From Phycisphaerales bacterium (GTDB taxonomy: Bacteria > Planctomycetota > Phycisphaerae > Phycisphaerales > SM1A02): a stretch of DNA of 63,184 nucleotides. Location of the stretch: positions 1 through 63,184 of the forward strand of contig JASMMN010000024.1 in NCBI GenBank assembly GCA_030748155.1, given 5' to 3'. Position numbers and translations under genes: made by a program. This document shows, piece by piece, positions 47,621-59,018 of the stretch (positions are counted from its first letter, which is position 1; the number at the start of each line of letters is the position of its first letter). Under the pieces are notes generated by a model. The model made no database searches, was not told where the DNA came from, and saw only the letters and a list, made by a program, of their open reading frames with translations.

Positions 47621-48871
47621 TCAATCCCGTTGGGTGTCTCTGATGATGACGGCGATGCCTTGGCCGCCACCGATGCAGGCAGAGGCGCATCCGAGCGGCT
47701 CTCCTCGTCGTTCCATTTCGTACATGAGGTCCACAAGTAGTCTCGCCCCGGTCGCCGCAAGGGGATGCCCGATAGCAACCGCGCCGCCGTTCACGTTGAG
47801 TCTCTCGCTGTCGAGTCCGAGTTCCTTCTGCACACCAACTGCTTGGGCGGCGAAAGCCTCGTTGACTTCCCACAGGCCGATGTCATCTATCGACAGGCCC
47901 GTTCGCTCAAGCGCACGGTGAATGGCGGGTACTGGCCCGCGACCCATCAACCGCGGCTCGACGCCCGCGATGCCATAGCCGACGATTTCAAAACGAGTCG
48001 AAATCCCAAGTTTCTCGGCTCGCGACCGATCCGCTACCACGAGCGAAGCGGCGGCATCGCTGATCTCGCTGGCGTTGCCCGGCGAAACAAGGTCGTTGGG
48101 TGTAAACCCTGGAAGCCTGGACAGTTCGTCAAGAGTTGTGTCACGCACACACTCATCGTGGGCGAGGTAGACCGGCTCGCCCGCGAGGTTGTCCGCCTCG
48201 AAGGCAAACATGCCCCGGAGGGCATCGCCGCCGTTGAGGTGACTCACTCGGTTGGCTTCTCTCGCCCGGCGGTGCGACTCTTCGGCGAAGGCGTCGCACT
48301 CTTCGCGCGTCACACCGACGCTGTGGCCGTATTCATCGGCTGTCACCATCATGCTGGTATTGAAGAGGTCATGGTTGAGACCGGCGAGAATCGTGTCCTC
48401 GAGCGTACCGTTGGATCCGAACTCCCAGAAATCCGCTCCGGAGAGGCGGGGCGCCCTGCTCAGCCGCGGAGCCCTGGACATGGTCTCGGCACCAAAGCAC
48501 AGCGCAACTCTTGTGTCGTCCATTGACGACGGCATGGCAATCTGATGCATGGCGCTGACGACCGTCTGGAAACCTGAACCACAGATTCGCTGTACGAGCA
48601 GCGATGGTGTATCGATCGGTAACTCGCACCGAAGTGCGACATTGCGGGGGAAGTAGATGTCCTGCCCCCCCGGCGAGGTGAATTGATAGACGTTGCCGCC
48701 GTAGGTGGCATCAATGCAATCACGCTCTATTCCTGCCCGCTTGATAGATTCGTTCGCCGCCGCGACCGCGAGATCCTCGGGAGAGAAGTTGCTGAGCGTG
48801 CCACACTTGACGCCCACGGGTGTCCGGGCGGCACCTGAAATCACGAATGATGTTGCACTCTGGTCGCTCAT
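47621..48871 (-). CDS. Thiolase (mirror copy)
   Basis: Exact mirror of 14314..15564. Confidence 0.9.
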   Translation of the reverse strand: MSDQSATSFVISGAARTPVGVKCGTLSNFSPEDLAVAAANESIKRAGIERDCIDATYGGNVYQFTSPGGQDIYFPRNVALRCELPIDTPSLLVQRICGSGFQTVVSAMHQIAMPSSMDDTRVALCFGAETMSRAPRLSRAPRLSGADFWEFGSNGTLEDTILAGLNHDLFNTSMMVTADEYGHSVGVTREECDAFAEESHRRAREANRVSHLNGGDALRGMFAFEADNLAGEPVYLAHDECVRDTTLDELSRLPGFTPNDLVSPGNASEISDAAASLVVADRSRAEKLGISTRFEIVGYGIAGVEPRLMGRGPVPAIHRALERTGLSIDDIGLWEVNEAFAAQAVGVQKELGLDSERLNVNGGAVAIGHPLAATGARLLVDLMYEMERRGEPLGCASACIGGGQGIAVIIRDTQRD

Positions 48872-51800
48872 CGCGCCAATTCTCCTGCCAATGGTTGTTC
48901 TTGTATCTCGATGACAAGGTCGGAAGGAACCGATTTGAAGAGTTCTTCGATCTCATGCTTGAATGAATCGAAGACCCGCTGCCGGACGATCTTGGCGGAC
49001 GGGGTGAGTTCTCCACGTTCCAGGGAGGGGTCTCGCCCCGCCAGAATCACGCGCCTGACGCGTTGATACTTGACCTCGATCCGCGGGTTGATCCGGGCGA
49101 CTTCGGTCGCGAAGAGTTCACGGATGGTGGGGTCGTCCGTCAAGACCGGCGCATGAATGCCCTGCTCATCCGCCCACGCTTGAAGCCGCACGAAGTCGGG
49201 GAAGACGAGCGTTGACACAAAGTCCTTCCCACTTCCGATGACCACCGCGGTGCCGATGAACGGTGATTCGTTGACCAGCGTGTTCTCAACCCGTTGCGGA
49301 TGCACTTTCTCGCCGGTTGTCAACTTGAACGCACCGTCCTTGCGGCCCAGAATGCGAAGTCCATCGCGAGTGAATTCACCAAGATCGCCGGTGTGGAACC
49401 AGCCGTGATCATCAATCACCCGGCTCGTAGCGTCCTCGTCGTCAAGGTATCCGGCCATTACATTGGGACCCTGCACCAGGATCTCCTGATCGCTGTCGAT
49501 GCGGATCGTGACGCCGGGAATCGGAAATCCCACGTATCCGCTTCGCCACTTGCGATCAGGACTTGTGACGGTGACGCAAGGCGATGTCTCGGTCAGTCCA
49601 AAGCCTTCGAACACCTGAATGTCGTAGTCACGGTATGCCTGCTCGACTCCGGCCGGCAGCGGCGCACCGGCGGTGAAAACGAGTCGCAGGCGATCATGAA
49701 ACACACTCTGTTCGCAAGTTTCGCATTCCCGGCAGCGGTTGAGCAGTGATTGATGTACCCGTGGAACGCTGAAGAAGATCGTCGGTCGATACCGCCGCCA
49801 ATTGTCGAGCAACCGGTCCATGTCACGGCCACGAGAGTCGTCGAGTCCGAGGATGCACCCGTTGTAGAGGGCCATGAATCGCTCAAACAGCCCACCGAAA
49901 CTGTGGTGCCACGGCAGGAAACTCAACATCACGTCTTCCTGATTGATGTCCCAGATAAGCGAGATCGCCTTCTGCTGAGAAATGAGGTTTCGGTGGCTCA
50001 GACATACGCCCTTGGGCGGACCGGTCGTGCCGGATGTGTACATCACGAGACAACGATCGTCGGCACCAACCGCATTGACTCGGCTCTCGTATTCGAGCAG
50101 CGGCGCGCCGCCATCGGCGAGTAAGGAATCGAAGTCCACCGCGCCCCAAGCGCGTGTGGCGTCGGAGGCATCCATGCAGAAACAGGATTCAATGAAGTCA
50201 TGTTGGTTGCGATCAATCTTGTCGAGTTGCTTCATGTTCGATACGACCAGCATTCGCGGCTTCGCGTGGCGAATGACATATCCGACCAGTGGGGCCGGAT
50301 ATCCGGCAAACACAGGAACAGTGACGGCACCGATCGACTGAATGGCCAGTTCCAGAATCAGCATTTCGACCCGGTTTTCGGACACGATGCCAATGCGATC
50401 GCCGGGGTGAATGTCGCGTTCGATCAAATGGCGACCCACCCGGGCAACACGGTCTCCCAGTTCGCTCCAGGTAAGTTCATGCTCATCGTCGAGTATGCGG
50501 TACTTCGTACATACGCGGTCGCCCCACCGAGACATCCTGTCCCGGATAAGCGCGCCTATGGAAACTTCATGCTCCCCAAGTTCGATGGGCGATCCATGCT
50601 CTTCGCCGAGTCGTCGAATGCCGACCTTCTCATCGAGTCCATGGACGGTAAGTTGCGAGTACGCAAGACAACTGTCCTGCAACAACTCTCGTGTCAGGCG
50701 AAACCGGTCTTCCGCCGGCTCGCGGAGGAACTCTTCATCGAAGGGCCGCACGCCGGCGCGGATCCGCACGAGATAGGTCGCGACGAACTGCATGATCGAT
50801 GCCGCGATCTCTCTGATGTGTGAGCACCCTGTCCGGCCACCAAGCCGGGAACTGATTTCGTTCAGCACTCCTCGCTCGACTCGAAGTCCTACGAGGAGTT
50901 GGGCTGTTTTCTTGACCTCGCTGCACACGGGGAATGGTGAACGGATCATGTTCAGATCGCTTCGCAGTATTTGGCGTTCGGCCACGCCGATGGCAACTTC
51001 AAGGCGAATGAGATGCTCGCTGTCGTGGAACGTACCCACCAACACGAGGTGCTCATCACCGTCCTCGTAGAGATCGATGTTGATATTGCGCTGCGCACTC
51101 AGTTTCATTGTTCTGCTCCTTGCCCCGGTTCCGCCCTTATCCCTCCGAAACTTGATGGCTCGGGCTATTGCTTGCTGCACTTGCTTCGCCAGATCCTTGA
51201 ACATCGATCGCTCGGCCTGCATATCCGCCAGCGCCGCGTACCGCTGTAGCGGCTCGAGAATCCATTCTTCGTTTGTGAACAGTCTGACGCTCTCCAGCCC
51301 GCGATTGAGCGCAACGGACAGATCCTTGACCGAACTGGTCACATGTCCCTTGTTCTTCAGAATGATATTGCGATGGCCTTCCCACACTTCTTCCCATGTT
51401 GCGTCAGACGAGTAGGCGCCGTTGGCCTGCCCGACGTCGAATACGCCCCTGGTGATCTGCCGAACAAACTCGTCTTTGCTCTGGTCAAGGCAGAGATCGC
51501 CCATTCGCAGATCGATGCACTCGCCACTTGGTTTCACCATGTGAATGAGCCCACCGACATTGAGAACAATCGAGATCATCGCCTTATCGAATTCAATGCG
51601 GGTTGCCGGCGCGTTCGGTACATGCGTGAACGGGTAATCGTGCGCCTGCAAGATCGCCGCGATTCGCTCTTGTTCGAAGCCGCCGCCACCAGCAAACACA
51701 ATTGAGCCCTTCTTCTCAAGCAGATAGGTCGTGTCCGCCCCGCTGCCGCGCCGCCCACCTGCCTGAAGCGATATTCCCCGCACCAGGCGAGCCTCGATAG

Positions 51801-52281
51801 CTGCCTGCACTTCCGAGGTGACCCCTGGAAGCCGTTCCATGAGAATGGCTTCATTGAGTTGGGATTGGAATTCGCTGAATGTCGATTCGAAGAGCACACC
51901 GTTGGGCAGGATGAGCAGAATCGGCATGTGATGCCGTACCTGCTCCGGCGAATCCAGCAGTCCTCGCCTGGCGGAGTTCTCAAGAAAACTCGTTACTTCG
52001 CCGGTGAATGCCCCGAGTTGATTCGGATTGCAGCACACCAGCAGGAGTTCTGGGAGCAACTTCTTTGCATCCGCCTCAAGCAAGTTCGCAAAGATGCGGC
52101 CATGGATGGACACGATCTGCTGCTGCCCGTTGTGTTCAAGTCTGAGGCGGCCAGCCTCCTTGAGAGTCTCGGTAATGCCGTCCCGGCTCATGCCTACAAG
52201 ACACTCGGCATGCGTATGCATGAATAACCCGACACCGAGGGCGCCCGGCGGATGAATTCCGAGATGTCCAGCGGTCAACAT
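48868..52281 (-). CDS. PanE-like / DUF2889-like / acyl-CoA synthetase tri-domain fusion (mirror copy)
   Basis: Exact mirror of 10904..14317. Confidence 0.8.
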   Translation of the reverse strand: MLTAGHLGIHPPGALGVGLFMHTHAECLVGMSRDGITETLKEAGRLRLEHNGQQQIVSIHGRIFANLLEADAKKLLPELLLVCCNPNQLGAFTGEVTSFLENSARRGLLDSPEQVRHHMPILLILPNGVLFESTFSEFQSQLNEAILMERLPGVTSEVQAAIEARLVRGISLQAGGRRGSGADTTYLLEKKGSIVFAGGGGFEQERIAAILQAHDYPFTHVPNAPATRIEFDKAMISIVLNVGGLIHMVKPSGECIDLRMGDLCLDQSKDEFVRQITRGVFDVGQANGAYSSDATWEEVWEGHRNIILKNKGHVTSSVKDLSVALNRGLESVRLFTNEEWILEPLQRYAALADMQAERSMFKDLAKQVQQAIARAIKFRRDKGGTGARSRTMKLSAQRNINIDLYEDGDEHLVLVGTFHDSEHLIRLEVAIGVAERQILRSDLNMIRSPFPVCSEVKKTAQLLVGLRVERGVLNEISSRLGGRTGCSHIREIAASIMQFVATYLVRIRAGVRPFDEEFLREPAEDRFRLTRELLQDSCLAYSQLTVHGLDEKVGIRRLGEEHGSPIELGEHEVSIGALIRDRMSRWGDRVCTKYRILDDEHELTWSELGDRVARVGRHLIERDIHPGDRIGIVSENRVEMLILELAIQSIGAVTVPVFAGYPAPLVGYVIRHAKPRMLVVSNMKQLDKIDRNQHDFIESCFCMDASDATRAWGAVDFDSLLADGGAPLLEYESRVNAVGADDRCLVMYTSGTTGPPKGVCLSHRNLISQQKAISLIWDINQEDVMLSFLPWHHSFGGLFERFMALYNGCILGLDDSRGRDMDRLLDNWRRYRPTIFFSVPRVHQSLLNRCRECETCEQSVFHDRLRLVFTAGAPLPAGVEQAYRDYDIQVFEGFGLTETSPCVTVTSPDRKWRSGYVGFPIPGVTIRIDSDQEILVQGPNVMAGYLDDEDATSRVIDDHGWFHTGDLGEFTRDGLRILGRKDGAFKLTTGEKVHPQRVENTLVNESPFIGTAVVIGSGKDFVSTLVFPDFVRLQAWADEQGIHAPVLTDDPTIRELFATEVARINPRIEVKYQRVRRVILAGRDPSLERGELTPSAKIVRQRVFDSFKHEIEELFKSVPSDLVIEIQEQPLAGELAR

Positions 52282-53123
52282 TGGCCGCTCCCTTCGGTCG
52301 AGAACCGGCACGGCGGCGCAGGCCGCTCGCCAAACGGCTCGTGTGCGTGGCCGGAGTTGGCCATGAGCGCGGCACCAAAGGCCCCCGCGAACTGAGGAAG
52401 CGGCGGAAGCAACACTTCATCATCAAGCACTTCGTTGAGCGCCACACGCATCGAGCCGCAGTGCGCCACCACGCCGCCCGTCGCCGCCACCGGTCCGTCA
52501 TGGGAGACAATCATCTCAAAGAGCCGCGAGGCGATCGAGTGAAACAATCCGCGGGCAATGTCCTTGGGATCCTCGCCGGCCTTGATGCACTCAAGCACCT
52601 CGGTCCCGGCGAAGACGGTGCAATAACTGTTGATGACGGCGTGCTTCTCAGATTGCGCGGCGAGCTCGTCGAGTTCGCCAAGCGTCATGCCGAGTTTCAC
52701 GGCGATGGATTCGAGAAATGTTCCGGTTCCTGCGGCGCACTTGGCGTTCATGCGGTAGTCAGAAATCTGCCCGGTCGTGTCGAGACGGATGACTTTGGTG
52801 TCCTGACCACCGATGTCGATGATGTTGCGGACCTGCGGATACCACTCAAGAGCGCCACGGGCATGACAGGTGATCTCGGTGATCTTCCGCCCGGCATCTG
52901 GAACCCACTCCCGTCCGTACCCAGTGGAGATACATGCCTCGATGTCCCCAGACGACCTCCCGGCTTCGGCCAACGCCTCACCCAGCACCGTCTTGGCCGC
53001 ATCCTCGTAACTGAACCCCGAGGACACGACGCTCTTCCCGACCAATGTGCCCCTATCGTCGATGATGACACACTTGGTGGCCGAGGATCCAGCGTCGATA
53101 CCGGCAAAGAGGACGCCACTCAT
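52275..53123 (-). CDS. BcrAD/HgdC-family ATPase, 282 aa (mirror copy)
   Basis: Exact mirror of 10062..10910. Confidence 0.88.
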   Translation of the reverse strand: MSGVLFAGIDAGSSATKCVIIDDRGTLVGKSVVSSGFSYEDAAKTVLGEALAEAGRSSGDIEACISTGYGREWVPDAGRKITEITCHARGALEWYPQVRNIIDIGGQDTKVIRLDTTGQISDYRMNAKCAAGTGTFLESIAVKLGMTLGELDELAAQSEKHAVINSYCTVFAGTEVLECIKAGEDPKDIARGLFHSIASRLFEMIVSHDGPVAATGGVVAHCGSMRVALNEVLDDEVLLPPLPQFAGAFGAALMANSGHAHEPFGERPAPPCRFSTEGSGQC

Positions 53124-54364
53124 GAGCGATGTGCCTCCAACTGCTCAATGAAGGCTTCGATATTGGTCATCGACTGCGAGGTTGAAAAGAACCGGATATC
53201 GGTCAGGTCTCCATCGAGGACAAGAACCGGCAGGCCCATCTCCTCACGAACCCGCTGAGCCATTCCAAAGCGTGAGTTGGTGTTGTTCGGGCATGTCCGG
53301 GCGTTGTGGAAGATGGCGCCGTCAATCGAAAACTCGTCGAACCTCTCGGACAGGAACTGCTGCTTGTACACCTCATCGCGATTGATGAAGATCTCCAGAC
53401 TCGTCCGCGCCATCCACTCAAGCGGGTCGCCGCCCTCGAAGTCGGCGAAGGCCCACGAGTTGCAATAGGTGCTCGCCGCCACGACCGCCCGAAGATCAAA
53501 GAACTTCTCGGAAAGTTCCCGTATCCGGGGCCAGACGGGCATCCCTTCCCAGTAGATGCGAAACCGCTCATCAGGCACGGCTCCGACGCCACCAGCAAGC
53601 CGTTGATTCATCTCAGCAAGCATTTCTTCGTAGAAGTCGATGGCCATATCGCTTCCACGCATCAGTATCACCGGCGCCATCAGGATCAAGCCGTCCCAGA
53701 AACTCAGTGGGGCCGGTCTCTGGCGGGCCGTTTCGAGTACTTCCCGCCAAAGCGAACAGGCCTTGCTCGACTTCGCGACGGACTCTTCGAGTTTCGCCTC
53801 ATCGAGTTTCAATTCGAACTGACGCTCGATCGCACCGATGAGTTCCCGAAGTTGCCCCTTCACGAAGGTGACATGCTCGTCGGTGACTTCTCCGAGATAC
53901 AGCGGTGGCCGCACCCCCAGAATTGAAGCGTCGTGCCGTGTCGAGAAGAACTTGAACCAGTCCTGCACTTCCCGGCACTGGTTCGTGTTGTACACGAGCA
54001 GATCGGGCGCGGGCGGTCCGTCTATGCCGTAGATGTCCTGCAGCGGACTCCAACCGTTGAGCGATGCGCCGATATCGCTGTTCATGTAAGAGCAGGTCTC
54101 GGGGCAGTACCCCGCCCCCACCGCCCGGGGGATCAACTTGTGGCTGACTTTCCGCGTGCCGAGGAGGGCGCCGTGGTTCTCCGGGAAGAACACGTCGAAG
54201 CCGAAAGCGGTCAAAATCTCCGTAGGACCGACCGATGTACACCACGCAACGCGGCGATCAGTGTCTTTGGCCGCCGCGTCGAGGTCAACGAAGTAGTCAC
54301 GCATCAGGCCTCGAAGGCGCTTCTGCGACTCGATGGGTACTCGCTTCACCGTCGTGTCGCTCAC
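53120..54364 (-). CDS. HgdAB/BcrBC-family protein, 414 aa (mirror copy)
   Basis: Exact mirror of 8821..10065. Confidence 0.8.
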   Translation of the reverse strand: MSDTTVKRVPIESQKRLRGLMRDYFVDLDAAAKDTDRRVAWCTSVGPTEILTAFGFDVFFPENHGALLGTRKVSHKLIPRAVGAGYCPETCSYMNSDIGASLNGWSPLQDIYGIDGPPAPDLLVYNTNQCREVQDWFKFFSTRHDASILGVRPPLYLGEVTDEHVTFVKGQLRELIGAIERQFELKLDEAKLEESVAKSSKACSLWREVLETARQRPAPLSFWDGLILMAPVILMRGSDMAIDFYEEMLAEMNQRLAGGVGAVPDERFRIYWEGMPVWPRIRELSEKFFDLRAVVAASTYCNSWAFADFEGGDPLEWMARTSLEIFINRDEVYKQQFLSERFDEFSIDGAIFHNARTCPNNTNSRFGMAQRVREEMGLPVLVLDGDLTDIRFFSTSQSMTNIEAFIEQLEAHRS

Positions 54365-55383
54365 GGAATTACGATCGACCGCAGGGAGCAGCCGTCCTTC
54401 ATTACATCGAATGCGCCCTGAATATCGTCAAGTGAGAACCGGTGCGTCACGAGGCGAGATACATCGATCTTCCCGGCCTCGACCATGCGAATGAGCGGGA
54501 CATACTCGCCCGGAGGACATCCGAGCGAACCGACAATTTCCATCTCCTTGAACATGATCTTCCCGGCGACAATGTTGATCTTCTCATGCGTGTACCCGAC
54601 GACGCACATCCGACCACCGATTCGCACGCTCTCGAACGCTTCTTCGATCGTCCGCGGGTTACCGATCACCTCCATGGCGATATCGACACCACCACCAGTC
54701 ATCTTCTTGATTGCCTTGCTCACCCGATCGACCTGGTGGGCGTTGATGGTCTGCGCCGCGCCGAGTTCCTTGGCCCACTCAAGTTTCTGCTCACTGATAT
54801 CGACCGCAATCACGTAAGCGCCAGCCGCGGCCGCAAGTTGCACTGCGTTGATGCCAACACCTCCACATCCGAAGACGGCCACGGAATCGCCGGCCCGCAC
54901 CTGTGCTCGGTTCTTGACGGCGTGGTACGGCGTCGATAACGCGTCGGCAATGATCGATGCCTCGGCAAGCGGAATCGACTCGGGCAGATCAAGCACATCC
55001 TTGGCGGGTACGCAGACATACTCGGCGTAGGCGCCGTCAAAGTGGTTGCCGAGCATCTTCATGTCGGCACAGATATTCTCCTTGCCCATGCGGCAAAACC
55101 TGCACTTGCCGCAGGTGAGTACCGCGGGGATAAGCACCCTCTGCCCCGCGGTGAGATGTTCGACATCGATGCCGACTTCCTCGACGATACCGGACGCTTC
55201 GTGGCCAAGCACGAGCGGCGGATCCTTGAAGGTCGGCACGCCGTGCTCGATGTAGTGCAGGTCGGTATGGCAGGCCCCGCAGGCGGCAACCTTGACGAGC
55301 ACCTCGTCCCGTCCAACATGCGGGACCGGGATCTCTTCGACTCTCACGCCTTCGTCGGCGCCGTGGAATACTGCTGCTTTCAT
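54361..55383 (-). CDS. Zinc-dependent alcohol dehydrogenase family, Had-like (mirror copy)
   Basis: Exact mirror of 7802..8824. Confidence 0.85.
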   Translation of the reverse strand: MKAAVFHGADEGVRVEEIPVPHVGRDEVLVKVAACGACHTDLHYIEHGVPTFKDPPLVLGHEASGIVEEVGIDVEHLTAGQRVLIPAVLTCGKCRFCRMGKENICADMKMLGNHFDGAYAEYVCVPAKDVLDLPESIPLAEASIIADALSTPYHAVKNRAQVRAGDSVAVFGCGGVGINAVQLAAAAGAYVIAVDISEQKLEWAKELGAAQTINAHQVDRVSKAIKKMTGGGVDIAMEVIGNPRTIEEAFESVRIGGRMCVVGYTHEKINIVAGKIMFKEMEIVGSLGCPPGEYVPLIRMVEAGKIDVSRLVTHRFSLDDIQGAFDVMKDGCSLRSIVIP

Positions 55384-55421
55384 CGTTCGGTTCTCTTTTC
55401 TCTGATGTGCCCAACCGGCCC

Positions 55422-56192
55422 TCAGGCGTGGCTCCACTCGGGGGTTCGTTTCTCCATGAATGCCGCGATGCCCTCGTGAGCGTCGTGGAGTTGCATCAAT
55501 TCATCGAGGTAGATTTTTTCGGCCTCGTCGAGCCGATTGAGCATGTCCGCTCGCTGCCCGGCCATGGTGACCCGCTTTGCCATCCGCACAACGGGACGGG
55601 AGAGGCCCCGGATGTCCTCAACGTAGGCCGCAACCTGGTCGTCGAACTCGTCTGCGACGTACAACTGACTGACGAGGCCGATCCGATGGGCTTCGGTCGC
55701 CGAAATCGTGCCGCCGAGCGACACGAGTTCGATCGCCTTGCCGAGCCCAATGCGAGACGGCAACACCACCGCAGCGACCGGTGGGAAGACGCCAACATGA
55801 ACTTCAGGCTGCCCGAACTTGGCCCGCTCCGAGGCGAGCACGATGTCACAGAAGCAGGCGAGTTCGCATCCGCCACCGAGCGCAGCACCCTGAACGGCCG
55901 CAATGGTGAGCGCATCGGTGGACGCGAGCCGGCGAAAGATGCCGTGGAATTGCTCGATCATGTCACGAACCTTCTCAGCCGTGTGATCCGCGACGTCCAC
56001 GCCCGCGCTGAAGGCCTTGCCTTCGGCGGCAATCACGATTGCAGACAAGGTGTCGTCCACGACCAGAGTGTCAAGGAGTGTGTTGAACTCGGACATCATG
56101 GGGTTGTCCATGACGTTCAACGGGGGAAGGTTCATGGTGACCGTGGCGACGCCGCCGGAAATGTCGCATGTGAAGTACTGGTAGTCGGTCAT
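55422..56192 (-). CDS. Enoyl-CoA hydratase family, 256 aa (mirror copy)
   Basis: Exact mirror of 6993..7763. Confidence 0.85.
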   Translation of the reverse strand: MTDYQYFTCDISGGVATVTMNLPPLNVMDNPMMSEFNTLLDTLVVDDTLSAIVIAAEGKAFSAGVDVADHTAEKVRDMIEQFHGIFRRLASTDALTIAAVQGAALGGGCELACFCDIVLASERAKFGQPEVHVGVFPPVAAVVLPSRIGLGKAIELVSLGGTISATEAHRIGLVSQLYVADEFDDQVAAYVEDIRGLSRPVVRMAKRVTMAGQRADMLNRLDEAEKIYLDELMQLHDAHEGIAAFMEKRTPEWSHA

Positions 56193-56206
56193 GTCATCAT
56201 TCCTTT

Positions 56207-56950
56207 TCAGATGTACTGCCCGCCGTCTACCCGAAGCACTTCGCCGGTGATGAATCTCGCTCCTTCGCTGCACAGGAAGCGCACTGCTTCGGCGATGTCC
56301 TCGGGTGTGCCGATGCGGCCAACAAGAATCTCCTCGGTCGCCTTCTTGATTGCCTCGGGAGGCATGGCATCGAGAATGGGCGTGTGGATCATCCCCGGCG
56401 CGACGGCGTTCACGGTCACGGTGGATCGTGCCAACTCCTTGGCGAGCGCCTTGGTGAATCCGATGACGCCAGCCTTTGCCGCGGCGTAATTGGTCTGGCC
56501 AAACTTGCCCCGCATGCCGTTGATGCTGGAGATGTTGACGATGGATCCATACTTCGCTGCCCGCATGATGGGCGCCGCCGCCCGAGACATGTTGAAGACG
56601 CCGGTAAGATCGATGTCGATGACATCCTGCCACTCCGCATCGGTCATGTTCCAAATCACCTGATCGCGGCAGATGCCGGCGTTGTTGACGAGAACTTCAA
56701 GCCCACCGAGTTCGCCAGCGCAATCCTCCACCGCGGCTGTGGCCTGCTGAGCGTCGGAGACATCAGCCACCTTCACCCACGTCTTGCGACCGAGTGATTC
56801 GATGCACGATCTCACGGAGTCCGCATCTGTGAGATCGCCGAGGTACAGGATGCCCACATCGCAACCGTCACGGGCGAGCGACTGGGCAATCGCGCGGCCG
56901 ATGCCGCTCGACCCCCCCGTTACCAATGCTCGTCTCGGTGTGTGTGCCAC
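56207..56950 (-). CDS. Short-chain dehydrogenase/reductase (mirror copy)
   Basis: Exact mirror of 6235..6978. Confidence 0.88.
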   Translation of the reverse strand: MAHTPRRALVTGGSSGIGRAIAQSLARDGCDVGILYLGDLTDADSVRSCIESLGRKTWVKVADVSDAQQATAAVEDCAGELGGLEVLVNNAGICRDQVIWNMTDAEWQDVIDIDLTGVFNMSRAAAPIMRAAKYGSIVNISSINGMRGKFGQTNYAAAKAGVIGFTKALAKELARSTVTVNAVAPGMIHTPILDAMPPEAIKKATEEILVGRIGTPEDIAEAVRFLCSEGARFITGEVLRVDGGQYI

Positions 56951-56980
56951 GATGCGTCTCCCTGTGATGCCGCTAGCCCG

Positions 56981-58117
56981 TCAGGTTGTCATCGCGACGG
57001 CCAACACCGCCCCGCACCTGCCACAGTGTTCGAACTGCGAGGGCATGCCCTTCGCGCCGCACTCACCGCACTCTTGCGCGTATGGGCCCCAAAGAAACTC
57101 GCTCGAACCATTCGGATCGGCGGCCCGCTTCCGCATGCCGATGTAGTCGGTCTTGCGTTTCTCGACAAAGGCAGTCATGCCTTCGTAGGGCTCGAGGCTG
57201 GTGTAGTGCGTGGCGAGCCAGTCGCGGGCATGGCCGACGGTGGCGTGCCACGCGGAGTCCTTCCAATAGTTGACCTGCGCCTTGGTGTAGCGGGTGCATT
57301 CAAAGAACTTGTTGACGATCTGGTCGCACAGGTCGTCGATCACCTCATCCATGAGGGAGAAGTCGATCGAGTAGCCGTCCTCACCCTTGAGGGCCTTCTT
57401 GATGTCGCCAGCGGTAGCCCGATTCTCGAAGGGCGTATCCCAGGGATCGGTGTTCCAGTCGGCCAGACAGGTGCGGTCGCCGCTGAACTTCGTGATGAAT
57501 TCGCCGTCGGGTCCCTTGACCGTCGGCACTACGCTGTTGACCAGCCCCATCGACAGGCTGGTAAAGGCGGCGTATCGCTGATTCAGGAAGAGAATGCCCC
57601 GCGCGGTACGGTCGCCGACCGTAATGGGCAGCCACTGCGTCGAGCCGCCACAGGCGACCGACCCCACGCTCGTGCCGACCTGCGCGATGAAGGCGTGTTC
57701 GCCCATGACGCCGATGTCGCAAGCAAGTTGGCTCTCGTTGCCACCGCCAACCGCCATGCCATTGAGGCGGGCGATGACGGGCTTGGCGCAGTTCGTGATC
57801 GCTTCGATATAGGCCTTGAAACGACACATGTATTTCCAATAGTCGCGTGGCTTCTGCGTGTAGCAGGACTGGTACTCCTTCACATCACCGCCCGTGCAGA
57901 AAGATTTGTGGCCGGTTCCGGTGAAGACCACGACGGCAATGCCGTCGTCCCACGAGGCATCCTGAAAGGCCGTTGCCAATTCTTCGAGGGCTGGTGTGCT
58001 GTAGGCATTGAAGTTGAACGGCCGGTTGATGGTGATCCGGGCGACGAAGCCGTCCTTCTGGTAGTCGACTTCCTGGAAGTCAAATGACTCGGTGGTTCTC
58101 GTGGGAAACATGCTCAT
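56981..58117 (-). CDS. MenB/BadI/Oah-clade crotonase with zinc ribbon (mirror copy)
   Basis: Exact mirror of 5068..6204. Confidence 0.8.
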   Translation of the reverse strand: MSMFPTRTTESFDFQEVDYQKDGFVARITINRPFNFNAYSTPALEELATAFQDASWDDGIAVVVFTGTGHKSFCTGGDVKEYQSCYTQKPRDYWKYMCRFKAYIEAITNCAKPVIARLNGMAVGGGNESQLACDIGVMGEHAFIAQVGTSVGSVACGGSTQWLPITVGDRTARGILFLNQRYAAFTSLSMGLVNSVVPTVKGPDGEFITKFSGDRTCLADWNTDPWDTPFENRATAGDIKKALKGEDGYSIDFSLMDEVIDDLCDQIVNKFFECTRYTKAQVNYWKDSAWHATVGHARDWLATHYTSLEPYEGMTAFVEKRKTDYIGMRKRAADPNGSSEFLWGPYAQECGECGAKGMPSQFEHCGRCGAVLAVAMTT

Positions 58118-58172
58118 CTCGGTGTACTCCAAGGCTGGGGGTGGAAACGGGCCAGAAAAACACCCGTTATTT

Positions 58173-58190
58173 CGTTCGAACGTCCGTTCG
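58173..58190. promoter_or_regulatory. Palindromic candidate TetR operator (mirror copy)
   Basis: Exact mirror of 4995..5012. Confidence 0.4.
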
Positions 58191-58222
58191 GCTCTCGCAA
58201 GTATCAAGACTTGACCATCCTG

Positions 58223-58252
58223 ATTATCGGGGAGCGCCAATGGCCCTGTCAA
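58223..58252 (-). promoter_or_regulatory. Sigma-70-like operon promoter (mirror copy)
   Basis: Exact mirror of 4933..4962. Confidence 0.5.
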
Positions 58253-58343
58253 CCCCAATAGAAGCTATATTTCGGCCTTGACGGAACTGGTTACAGGGTG
58301 GATGATATGTACTGCCGCCGACGACAACCCCCTGGAGCCCCCC

Positions 58344-58997
58344 ATGGACTCTCAACGAGCCGATCAACTGTTCGAATCGCCACCCGCAGAATCTGTCTCT
58401 CCAGCCGCTGGGGACACCTTTGAGGCGAGGCGGGACCACATCCTCCAGGCCGCCACCCACGTTTTCGCCCAATACGGCTATGAAAAGGCCTCGATGCGAA
58501 CGATTGCCAAGGCTGCGGATGTGAGCCTCGCGGGTCTCTACCACTACTTCGAGCGGAAAGAGCAACTTCTCTTCGTCATGCAATTCCGGGTGTTCAGTTC
58601 GCTGCTCTCGAATCTACGGGAGTGGTTGGTCGGCGTCGAATCGCCTCGCGACCGCCTGTGCACCATGATCCGGTCTCATGTGACCTACTTCGCCGAGCAC
58701 ATGGCAGAACTCAAAGTGTGCTCGCACGAACTCGACTCCCTCAGGGGCGAAACCTACGACCAAGCCCGCGAGATCAGGCTCGCCTATTACGGGCTGACCC
58801 GTGAGATCATCGCAAGCGTCATCGAACTCGACCCACCCGACTACCCGCTCGACCTGCATGTCGCCACAATGTCGCTCTTCGGGACGCTCAACTGGCTGTA
58901 CCGCTGGTGGAACCCCAGTCACCCCACCCCGCCCAAGGTCGTTGCGTCCCAGATCACCAACCAGTTCCTGGCCGGAATCTGCGGACATACCGCCTGA
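58344..58997 (+). CDS. TetR/AcrR-family regulator (mirror copy)
   Basis: Exact mirror of 4188..4841. GGAG-N6-ATG can be read directly on the + strand at 58334-58346. Confidence 0.85.
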   Translation: MDSQRADQLFESPPAESVSPAAGDTFEARRDHILQAATHVFAQYGYEKASMRTIAKAADVSLAGLYHYFERKEQLLFVMQFRVFSSLLSNLREWLVGVESPRDRLCTMIRSHVTYFAEHMAELKVCSHELDSLRGETYDQAREIRLAYYGLTREIIASVIELDPPDYPLDLHVATMSLFGTLNWLYRWWNPSHPTPPKVVASQITNQFLAGICGHTA

Positions 58998-59018
58998 CCA
59001 CGACGGAGGATCTTCACC